From Mytilus trossulus (taxonomy: Eukaryota): a stretch of DNA of 64,000 nucleotides. Shown piece after piece: positions 52,840 through 64,000 of the stretch. Position numbers and translations under genes: made by a program. The notes below the pieces were generated by a model. That model made no database searches. It was not told the origin of the DNA and saw nothing but the letters and a program-made list of their open reading frames with translations. Each line of letters begins with the position of its first letter. Within the stretch, counting starts at the first letter, position 1. The DNA lies in the NCBI RefSeq assembly GCF_036588685.1, contig NC_086373.1:88226001-88290000 (forward strand), in the 5' to 3' direction.

Positions 52840-54210
52840 GTAAACACACTAATTGATGAGATGGGTTGTTATAAGGACTTAACAATGGGAATCATGTCCA
52901 GTGTGCATATTTTTACTTTTGTTGTGTAAACGAAAATATCTGGTAAGTCACAAACAAATTCAATAGAAATTGTAATAACAAGTTTAACTTGAAATACTAG
53001 GTGTAATGTTGGTACTGTGCACCTTTTGTCTAGTTTCTCATTTATGAGAACTTTTATTTTTGCATAGTAAATTTAACATAACATTTTATAATATTGGGTT
53101 TTTTTTGTTCATGTATATCGTTTTTCTTTTTCTTTTACTTATACCGTTTAAACTTTCTCCGTAAAAATTTTATAACCACGATATTCATATACACAAAGGC
53201 AATTTTATTCGTCTTGCGTACTAAACTATAATCCTGGTACCTTTGATAACTAATTATTCAAAAAAGAGATACGTTGCTAATTTTCACAGCATGCGATTTA
53301 CTCACGTATCCATACATGCTATACATTGCTATTGAAAATAATCTTATTACATCTTTACATATTCTCGAACTTTTTGTAAAATTTTGTATTCAAGGGATTC
53401 TATAACCGTAACGTTAAATACAGAAGAACTTTTTGATGGACAAAGCAGGAGATAAAGTATGAAGAAATTGGTCGTACCTCTTTCACGAAAAGCAAAATAC
53501 TATCTGAATGTAACACATCTGTTGACAATAGAAATGGTAAACCATACAAAGGAAAGTTGAACAAAATATAGCTTCATGTATAATTTGTGTTACCGTTATT
53601 AAATAAACGTTTTCTACAGTTGTCGACTAAGTTGTTACATCCCCGCGCTTGGTGCTACTTTCATTATTTTGTTTTATTATGTATGTCTATTTATGTGTTT
53701 TAGTTCTGTTTGTTATTGATTAATATTATGATGGAAGCTAAAATTATGTAAAGAATTCTTACCTAAATACATTTCAAGGATTACAAATCATCGCGGTGTA
53801 TGCAAAGAAAGACAACTGGGATATATTTAGCTATTATAGAGACATGTGTTTTAAAATCAAAACCACGCAAGCAAGAAAAAGAAGACTTTTTTAAAACACT
53901 CCGAATCATCAAGCGCACGTTACATGTACACCACGAATACTTGCGTTTAATTACCAAAGAGGACGAGGAGATTGCTGGGCCATCATAAACAGAAAGTTGA
54001 CAAAGCACATTCAACACCGTGGCAAAACAAAACGAAAACAAACAGGCAAAAGAACAGCTCATAAAAAATCTAAAACTATGGGTTTGGCGACACGATTTTA
54101 AGACAAAGGTTTCACAAGACTATAACCAAAAGAAGCAACAGAATAGTCGAGAATAAAGTATCAAAAGAGATAACTCTGATAACGAATGCAAAAGCGACAC
54201 TTATTACCTG
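52840..54210 (-). pseudogene. Decayed gene for an unknown hydrophobic protein, copy B
   Basis: ORF 53781-54062 FCFATVLNVLCQL aligns to ORF 51754-52041 FYFATVFYVFCQL. EFVCD and TTHLIN blocks are shared. Confidence 0.55.
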
Positions 54211-54936
54211 TTTGTTCTCAATGTCAACTTTGAAAATACTAATTTATTTCTCCCTCAGGAATAGATTATAAAAGCTGTATTTGGCAAAAATTTTAGGAAT
54301 ATTTGGTGCTCAATACTCGTTTACTTCGGACTTTATTTGGTCTTTTTAACTTTTTTTATTAGAACGTCAGAAATGAGCCTTTTGTAAACGAAACGATCAT
54401 CTGGCGCAAATACAAAATTGCAATCCTGGTACCTTTACGATGAGTTTATATTCTATAAGTGAATAGTGACAAAAGTTGATGAGTTAAGAGGTTAAGAGAA
54501 TGACGACACTTCCCTCAGTTTTAGTTTGTTACCCCGATTTTGTTTTTTTTGTCAAGGGTTTATGAGGTTTGAACAGCGGTATACTACTGTTGCCTTTATT
54601 TATATATATAGATTAGACCGTTGGTTTTCCCGTTTGAATGGTTTTACACTAGTAATTTTGGGGCCCTTTATAGCTTGTTGTTCGGTGTGAGCCAAGGCTC
54701 CGTGTTGAAGGCCGTACTTTAACCTATAATGGTTTAATTTTTAAATTGTTATTTGGATGGAGAGTTGTCTCATTGGCACTCACACCACATCTTCCTATAT
54801 CTATATATAGAAGATTATTATATCTTAATAAAGACACTACACGCAACGATTACAAGTAAATCTAAACTAATTTATGATTTGCATTGTCAAAACCCGTTAT
54901 TTAATATCATTAGAGCTTTTTTGTTACATAAATAGT

Positions 54937-57900
54937 TTACTCTTTGTTTTTGTTGATCGATATTTTGATCTTACTGAGCATCAGTCCAACAGATTCACAG
55001 AAAGGATCACAGAAGGATCGAACAAACAATCCCCAGAGTCTGGCCATTGGATATATTTCAATATTACAGGACCTCAATGATGGCTGTATGGTCCAGATGT
55101 GAGAAAACGTCAGACAAGCAAAATGTAATCCCCAACAGAAAGCGCATGGGACAGCAAAAATTGCTGACAGTATTCTATAGCACCAATGCTTTGTTCCAGT
55201 GAAAACTCTGTAACTCGCTCGCCATACACCGTCGATACTGTGAGATCCTTCAGGCTCAGTAAATAAATCTTCAAACTGGACCTGTAAATAAAAAGATATC
55301 AAAGTTTCAATAAAAATAAAACATAACAGGTACAAATTGCAAACTGTATTTATACCTCATATTTTTCTAAGCCGATCTATTAACACAATGATATGAAATA
55401 ATTGATAAAGGAAAAAATAAAAACAATTATAACATTTTGTGTATCTCTTAAAAAGAAGAAGTACGGTTAATATAAAGGAATCTCGATTTTTTTTCACTGT
55501 CGAATTTTGTTAGGTTTTCCAATCGTCATATAAAATGAGATGAACATTTCCAAGTCATCTCTAAGTTACTGATTGGACTCAATACGATTACAAACAAGAT
55601 TCATTAACTTTTCTCAACTACAAACTTAATTGCACATTTTTAAAAGTTCAAACAAAAATTTAGATCAACAGCAGTTATCTTACTAGTCTCCCTGTGAATG
55701 AGTCATTAGATAACATAGGATAACCCCGAGTAAATTCCGAAATATGCGTAGAGTGGGGTGCTCATTTTCGCCTTGTCTTTCCATGTTTTCTTCAGCTTAT
55801 GTTCAGATCTTTATGTTTTTGAAGTATACTGTAATTTCTATATGAAGATAACTTCTAATGCAAAATATTCTGAACTTGAAAACGTGTTTGTTTTGAGTAA
55901 AACCATCTGCAAAGTTGGATTAAAGGGTGTTTGAAATTTCCCAATTTTTTGCCGACGGAGGACACATATTCGCCGTTTTTACATATCTATTTAAATCCAA
56001 ACAACTGCAGCTTTACATAATATTTATCAAATAAATTTCATTATAGACGAATAGCAGACATTTGAAAGGTGTAATAAACTGACATTAAGGGCAATCAGTC
56101 AAATAATTACTAAGGAATGCTTCTTTGAAATCGTTTTTGTCATTCGGGAAATTGGCTGAAAATCGTTGTCCATTTTTCGGTCCTTTGCCGTAAGTGCCGA
56201 AATTTAGTCTCATTTTCAAAAATAATCATATTTCAAAATTGTTATAAAAATGTAATTTAACGGCATATTTCTTCCATTGCAACCATCCTTTCAAGTTTTT
56301 ACACCTCAAAATCATAAAACGGCGAAATTGTTTCCAAGGCGAATATGAGCGCCCCACTCTAGATACTAGTAGTTTAATAAATCTTTGATACAAAGTTCAT
56401 GATTCCATACATTAAGGATATAATAAACAAATTCCAACGATTTTCATCAGTTTCTTCTATTTGCACCAATATATGCGGCAAGAAGATATTAAGGAAGTTG
56501 ATAATGACTTTTGGATATTTCTCCTTCATCAAGTCTTGATACTTTTAAAGCTGATATTTTGGTCTCTTCTTTAAAAATCCTTATCTTTATGTATTTCACA
56601 AGATAATTATCTCATGTTGAACTTTTGTTTGACTGGAAGTTGATTTAGGATTTTGGCTCAAGAGAGGCTAGCGTACTCCAAAAAGATTAGTCAATAGGAG
56701 TTATATATAATAAAACTGATAAAATCTATCGAAAGAAAACGGTAATTTGTCTACGAATTTTAAACGATTATGTAACTTAAGCATTATTTCAACACTGTGA
56801 TCAATTGGATATCAACTACCTACGAACAAGACATTCTTGGCTAAAGCACCTGTCTGATCAAAACAGTCGATTTATACACTTTTATGTCACTTTGGCAATC
56901 ATACTACATCTTCTTATTTTTACATTTGTTAACAAATGTTGTCAGCAGAAGTGAATCACAGAGAAACTTAAAGATAGCGGAACATAAAATTCTACTTTTG
57001 CATCTGTATATCATACCAATTCGTGTGAATTTTGATATTAATTTCTAAAATGTTCCCGGTTGATTTATATCCTGATTTCCCCCCTTATTACTTTGTATTT
57101 AGAGAATAACAAATTATTGGAAATAATGTTTACTTCGACGCAACTTCATAAGCAAAATTTATAACCTACTCGATAACCTATAAAACATCTCCTGTAAGTG
57201 TTATGGCATCTGGCATAATTGAGATTATGACACTATTCTGGTTGTATCAAAACAAATTTGCTCGTAAGAAGAATAACAGAAAATATGAAATAATCATTTC
57301 TAACTTCTATCAATAAATCTGTTTTAATAGCTGAATATGCGGCTTGGGTGTTCCTCATTGTTGAAAGCCGTACGTACGGTGACCTTTAGATGTTAATTTC
57401 TATGTAATTTAGTCTCTTGTGGAGAGTTGTCTCATTGGCAATAGTATCACATTTTCTTATTTTTATAAATCAAAATTTACATATACCACTGAGTGGTATA
57501 AACTAATTAAAACAAGATGTTATCTGTAAACCTGTTTGTTAGCTGAACGATACATTTTATCACTATAGACTCTTACAACTTATCAGAACATGATACATTT
57601 TGTAGTTCATATAAATTAACCTCTCCTCTGGCTGGTGTTACAAACTACTTGCGTTAAACCATCCGTATGTTATGGAACGTCTCATCGTAAAAGAGGGGCG
57701 AAAGATACCAAAGGAACAGTCAAACTTATAAATCGAAAATAAACTTAAAACTAAAAATGAAAAAGACGTAATCGTTAATAATCTAAGTAAACTGTAATTT
57801 GACTTACCCGTACTATTTCATTGATATTTGAAGGATCTCTGTCGTACAAACTAATCCTGACACTAGCGGGTGTCTTAGAAGGGGATTCATTCTGATATAT

Positions 57901-57978
57901 ACGATCAACACGTGGATCCCAACAGGAACTGGTTGGAAATGTCGGAGATTCCTGAGGAGGTTCCGCCTCTGTCATCAT
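54937..57978 (-). CDS. CAV: Caveolin paralog 9 (CAV1/3-like, N-extended, ~171 aa); exons 57978-57808 and 55281-54937
   Basis: Exon 1 MMTEAEPP...IYQNESPSKTPASVRISLYDRDPSNINEIVR|gtaagt. cag|VQFEDLFTEPEGSHSIDGVWRASYRVFTGTKHWCYR...NKNKE*. Confidence 0.93.
55749..56361. mobile_element. TA-flanked MITE in the intron of caveolin 9
   Basis: tagagtggggtgctcattttcgccttg ... caaggcgaatatgagcgccccactcta. Confidence 0.85.
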
Positions 57979-58749
57979 GAATATATATACTATACTAGAC
58001 GAAGATGTTGAAAAGTGCAAACATAATTCCTGCCAAGTTCTACAAATGCAATTTCATTTGAATGTAGTGATGTTATCTAGCGATGAAATATTACATCACA
58101 CTCATAAACGCATGTATTAGCAATCGTGTATGTTAATGTCGCACATTACATAGAAACGTGTGAAGAAGAGTTAACCTAGGTCTCCGTGAAATGTTCAGGT
58201 TATAATGAATATTGGCTGTTAAAGAAGATTTAAAAGTAAAATACTGATTATTCCTATAAACTAGTCTAACACATTATTTTAAAATATAAAAGGCATATAA
58301 TTATTAGTTGATCTCAAGTTATGCAATTTGAATGAAGGAGAAGCTCTTGTGAATGATATAATAATAAAAATGCCTTTTCGGAAGAACTTCCGTTAACCTT
58401 GCCGGCCAAAATTTACGATTGATTTTCTTAAATCAAATTTCTTCGAAAAGTGAAGAAATTCCGATAAAATCCTAATCTGGTCCATTTCAAATATGATCGG
58501 AGTAAAACGGTTTCAAATGAGTATAAGAAATAAAGCTTGTTTCAAATATTACTAGGCCAGTGAGAATGAAGCTTTTGTAAGCAACTTCTTCTCTGATCAA
58601 TTGGTTAATATGGGCCTCGTATCATTCTTGCCAACACTCGATCTTGTGGTGTGTCTGTTAAAAAATGAGGCCTTTGTTCCTACTATTATTGATCACCATA
58701 TGTGTCGTTACTATAAACATGATATACAAAGACTACCTCTACTTAAAAT

Positions 58750-58900
58750 TAGAAAGATCATGTTATATGGAACATGTGTACTAAGTTTCAAGTTGATTGG
58801 ACTTCAACTTAACCAAAATATTTGACCTGAAGCGGGACAGACGGACGAAGGGGCGGACGGACGCACAGACCAGAAAACATTATGCCCATAAATGGGACAA
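58750..58900 (+). mobile_element. Helentron/HINE-like 3' end fragment
   Basis: (GACG/GACA)n microsatellite followed by the short hairpin cccataaatggg. A similar arrangement occurs at ~23210-23270. Confidence 0.45.
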
Positions 58901-59258
58901 ACAAAAGAAAGGGAAAGAGATCAAAAGAACTCAACCTGTACTCAAGACTAAACGACACATATCATACAATTTTTATTTTATTTTACCATACTTTGTATGA
59001 TATTTATTGGTCGTTTCCTTATTATTTCCTGAATTATACAGCATCTTGAAAACAGCTCCATGGGACTATTACATTGAAATAAACATAATATTTTTTTAGA
59101 TAAAAGCATGTATTGACTACAATTATACGATATAAATGGATATACAACTGTAAGATAATGCTATTGATAGATACGAATAGATTAGTAGCATCAGTAACTT
59201 ACATCTTAATATTTGAAAAATAAATAGATAATTAAATGCACGAATAACTCTATTCATA

Positions 59259-62200
59259 CTAGTCCCTTTTGAATGAAATTTTGATTTTACTAAAAATAAA
59301 TCCGATTGATTCAAATAATGGATCACAAAACGCCCGCACACACATACTCCAAACTTTTGCAATAGGTCCAATTTGAATACTAAATGATCTCAATGAAGGT
59401 TGTATGCTCCAAATATAGTTAAATGATAAACAAGCAAAGTGTAGTCCCCAGCAGAAAGAGCATGGCAAGGCACATACGGCAGATAGTATTCTGTAACACC
59501 AGTGTTTAGTTCCCGTAAACACAGTGTGGCTTGCTGTCCAGACACCATCAAAACTGTGGGTTCCCACGGGCTCTGCAAAAATGTCATCAAACTGAACCTG
59601 TAAATATAAAATATTGCTTTATATACAACAATCTTCACTGCTGAAAATGAGCGTTATTATGAGTTTGACTGTCCCTCTGGTATCTTTCGTCGCTCTTTTA
59701 TCATCAATGTAAAAAGAGCTCTTAACGTATTGATGATATACGATTTTTTGTATGCACTTTTACAAGGAATCACTTCAAATGAAAGACCATTAGACGCCTC
59801 CGGGTGCGGAAGTTTCTCGCTGCATTGGAGGACTTCGGTTGTTTTCTGCTCTATGGTCGGGTTGTTGTCGCTTTGACACATTCCCCATTTCCTTTCTCAA
59901 TTTTATTACAAGATATTATGCAGCTGAAACTACATATCAGTCAATTTTGGGTGTTTTTTTTCGGGTTCAAATTTTCCTTATTATGTTAAATTATAAATAC
60001 TTTTATATTGATAAGAAACTAAATTCTTCGTTTTAATTATATTATCTTCAAAAACTATAGATAAATGGCAATGATGTTACACTCATATTATATCCTGTAT
60101 AATTAATGATTCTTTAAAAAAAAAAATTATGGTCACAGTTTAAAATTGAAATCAGTAAACATCACGAATACTATGTAAAACAAATGTTTTATGTGATAAA
60201 ACTTCACAATCATGTCAATTTGAAATGATGTCCTTTTACAAAATAGCTTATATTGTCAGATATTTAGAAGTTAAGATAAAACATAAGTAATGAAAAAAAA
60301 TGAAAAGACGCATGCTTGTTTAACGTCCTGTGAACAAACTTTATATTCAACAAAATGAATTGTATCCAAATATCATGTGATATGAAGACACTATACTGTC
60401 TATTCTGAACAAGCTATGACAAGCAGTAGCCGTCTCATAAAATAAATGTTATGTTGTCTGAATAACACTATTTTTAGGTCGAACCCAACAGTCAATCATT
60501 GTAAATGTCAAAAGCATTGCAAGTAAGCATCATCTTTGGAGGATCAAACACTATAAGACAATATGATAGTATCAGGATCAAGACTGGAAGAGGAGAAAAG
60601 GGAACTTAATAGAAAATGTATTACAAAAATACCAGCAATACAAACGTTAGGTTCCTGTTTGTTTTTACATAAAATGTATAATGCTGTCAGAAAAAAAAAT
60701 CGGGAGCATCCAGTTGTTGCTTTATCCTTCTGTCGCATTTGTCCAACTGTCGTCCGATACAATTGTATTCCGTGTGAAATTTTGTGTTTCCCTTGTTTAA
60801 TGAAATCAATGCATGTATCAATTCGAGATACAGGGAAGGGAAAGCAGCTCAAAATTGTTTCCAGATTGTGATAAGTTGACTTAATTCTTTTTCATACTCA
60901 TTTCCTGCCCATTTTAGTAAACAAAACCTTATTGCGTCGCATTATAGTTATTATTGTTTTTAATTTCGTACTTCTTACAATCAGTAACATAATATTGACC
61001 GTATTATGTTTTATCTTTAGATAATAAGATAGATACTAGTTTCAGTATCTGGATACATATTAAGTTTAACGAAGTATAAAACTCTCATTAAACTTGTTTT
61101 GTAGACGATCTTGTTTTCATTGATGTAATTGCCCGTAGTTACAACAGTGAGCTACCATCCTTCTTACATCGTTAATAATCTTCGTGTGGCAACCTTTAGC
61201 TTTCTTTGTTATATGTTTTTGTTAGGACAAGCATCCTGTTGTCCCCTGGCATCTTCATTTGGTGTTATACATTTTAACTTGTCAGGTTGACAATTATTTT
61301 TTTAATTCTTAACCTACATTTAAACGTTGTCGTTATTTTACTCTGACAGAACAAGGCAGTTCTTTTAAGATACACCACCATTTTTTCCCAATCTAATATA
61401 AAAAAGAAGATGTGATATGATTGCCAATGAGACAACTATCCACAAAAGACCAAAATGACACAAACATTAGGTCAACAATGAGCAAAGCCCATGCCGCATA
61501 AAAAGCTATAAAAGGCCCCGATAAGACAATGTAAAACAATTCAAACGAGAAAACTAACGGCCCTATTTCTGTAAAAAAAAATGAACGAAAAACAAATATG
61601 TAACACATTAACAACCGACAACCACTGAATTACAGGCTCCTGACTTGGGACAGGCACATACACAAAATAAAGTGGCGCGGGGGTTAAACATGTTAGCGCG
61701 ATCCCACTATGATGTTTATTTTCTCGTGTATTGTATTTAAAAAACAATTTTGAGGTTATAAGTTTTAACCAAAGTGTTTTGCTTAATTTGTGTGGTCAAA
61801 AGTGACCATGTAAACTTTGACGACAATACACATTTGATATTCACATTCTTGGGCAACCAGTAATAATCAAGGACAACAATAAAAGCATTAATCTTTCAAT
61901 AGATAAAAATGTAACAAAAGCATCTTTTAATTACATTGTAAGACTGCTCTTACTGTAACTATATCTCCGCTTTTCTCTGTTTAGTAAACTCATTTTTATT
62001 CCATTGCAAACAAACATTAATTATTAATGGACTACCAAAATACCAATCCGTGCGCGACCGTGCTAGGTGGTATATTGAACATGCATTTCTAAATAAATGT
62101 GATTGTTACCTTGACTAATTCGTTCATATTAGTGGGATCTCTGTCATACAGATTAATCCGAACATTTTTCGGTTCTCTTGATGGTGGAGTATTCTGGTAT

Positions 62201-62331
62201 ATTATTTCCGGTGGTGGTTGTTCATCAGGTTGTACTTTTGGTTCATCTTCAGGAAGATTTAACGGTATTTCTGTTTCACCATTTGATGCATCCTCATGAA
62301 AGGAACCGGCTTTAGATCCCCTGTCAGACAT
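59259..62331 (-). CDS. CAV: Caveolin paralog 10 (CAV1/3-like, N-extended, ~186 aa); exons 62331-62110 and 59597-59259
   Basis: Exon 1 MSDRGSKAGS...EIIYQNTPPSREPKNVRINLYDRDPTNMNELVK|gtaac. cag|VQFDDIFAEPVGTHSFDGVWTASHTVFTGTKHWCYR...SFKRD*. Confidence 0.93.
60563..60871 (+). pseudogene. B-box-like zinc finger remnant, antisense in the intron of caveolin 10
   Basis: CRICPTVVRYNCIPCEILCFPCLMKSMH = C-x2-C-x7-C-x2-C-x3-C-x2-C-x5-H, preceded by a more decayed B-box-like stretch ending REHPVV. Confidence 0.45.
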
Positions 62332-64000
62332 TTTTGAATATTTTAGTCCGAACTTAAATAATTTCTGCAATGGTCCTGTGCAAAATGTATGGTTATGAAT
62401 GTAATCTACTGGTATGCTAATCCCATGTTATAATAATGTATATAAGTTAACGGTATCTACATCTTTATGATTAGATTAATAGTACAATGGAATGTCTAAC
62501 GTCCTTTTCGTTTGTGGATATGCGAGATAAATGACTGATGTAAACGTACCTAAGGTCAAACTCTATCAAAAGCAATATAGCACGCGTCTCCGCCTCGTCA
62601 TGCCCTGAAGATAATACCTATGTAACTGTCGGATTACATATTTTTTATCTGTCAAGCTGTCGAATATTATTTATAACATACTAGTATAAAGACATATACC
62701 AAGTATCTATTATAGTTCAATAGTAAATTTATATAGAATTATAATCATTATGATTTGATACATTGTCAACTGTTTTGTTTTTTGCTTTTAGCAAAAAAAA
62801 TGTATACATGAATGTATTCAGAATCAAAAATAATTTTACTTAAAAATACAAACACCACTTGTTTAACCAAGAAATCTTGTCAATACATGTGTATTAATGT
62901 TTTAATGTTTTTTTCAAGCCTTTAATTAACATCTTACTTTACTTTCTGCTATAAAGATGATGTCTGTTATTGAATAATCCAATGTGTGGTGACCTTGCTA
63001 AATGCTTACATGCGTCATCCAATGAACAAGGAAATAGACGGTTTCCATTATATTTAACAAAATTCCAGCTCCTACATGTAAATGCACATATCTCCAAGTA
63101 ATCCAAGTTGATAATATATAGTTGTTCTTGGACTATCTTTTTAATCAGGAAGTCCAAAATGGTAAATTCAATGTCGTCCCTACGAAAGTTTTTCGGAGAC
63201 TATCATGATTTGGTTGACCTTCATGGAATATCTGTATAACAGTGACCACGAATATGTTTAACAAAAGTAAGAGTTTTAGCGCTATAAAACCATGTTCAAA
63301 CCACCATTTTCTACATATGAAAATTTCTGTTCCAAGTCAGGAATATGACAGTTGTTGTCCATTCGTTTGACGTGTTTTGTCATTTGATTTTGCCATGCGA
63401 TTAGGGACTCTCCGATAGAACTTTTCCTCGGAGTTCCGAGTATTTTTGTGATTTTACTTTTTTCCCTACTTGTCGTAACCACAATCCAGTCTGTTTTTCC
63501 CCCATCTTAACATTACCGAATTCCACCTATCATCGTATTTAACTTGAAATGATAAGTAAGACGACTGATACCACCAGTGAGTGATCAGATATTGCTTAAC
63601 CTTCCTGAGCACCTTGCTTCATCTAGTTTTATATGTTCTTGTTTCTCAATCCGTGTTATCTGTTTTGTTTCTGTTGTGTATGTTGTTTCTTTATTAGTCG
63701 CTTTTCTTTTTAACCATGGTGTAGTCTGTTTTACTGGACTTAAGATTTTTCCCCCTACATATAATATATATTTGTTATTTTACCACTGCTTTACGAAAAA
63801 TTGAATTGCTTGCGCATCATTTTGCAGAAGAAGAAAAAACATGTTTCAACTGTACTGCACATTTTTAAGAATTAAGGATTGTGACACGATCTATATTTTC
63901 TGACTATCGTCTATTTAAGACCTTTCATATTTGGAATTGGTATTACTGACAACATTTAGGTTTCATTTCAACTAAACCGAAATAAATTTGATGTATAGAA

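Overview
AT-rich eukaryotic genomic DNA. The repeat content resembles a bivalve such as Mytilus (inference, not checked against a database). The window is a compact caveolin gene cluster: nine intact two-exon caveolin genes plus one orphan exon-2 pseudogene, oriented -,+,+,-,-(pseudo),-,+,-,-,-. All intact genes share a phase-0 GT-AG intron between the RDP..N..[VI][KRL] motif and the FEDV.xEP signature. The ORF track shows mostly the second exons; I located the first exons by eye. Seven intact paralogs are short (129-139 aa) and unusually Cys-rich (10-15 Cys), with Cys in place of the intramembrane Pro110 of human CAV1. The last two are more vertebrate-like and carry N-terminal extensions with a conserved IYQN motif. 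A roughly 5.1 kb inverted segmental duplication (~751-5874 vs ~34727-39818) relates caveolins 1 and 7 and ends at a long-TIR DNA transposon. The rest is Penelope-like retroelement debris (RT and GIY-YIG), minimal hammerhead ribozyme / retrozyme-like repeats, several MITEs, satellites, a decayed tandem pair of unknown membrane-protein genes and an intronic B-box-like remnant. All counts and alignments were made by eye.
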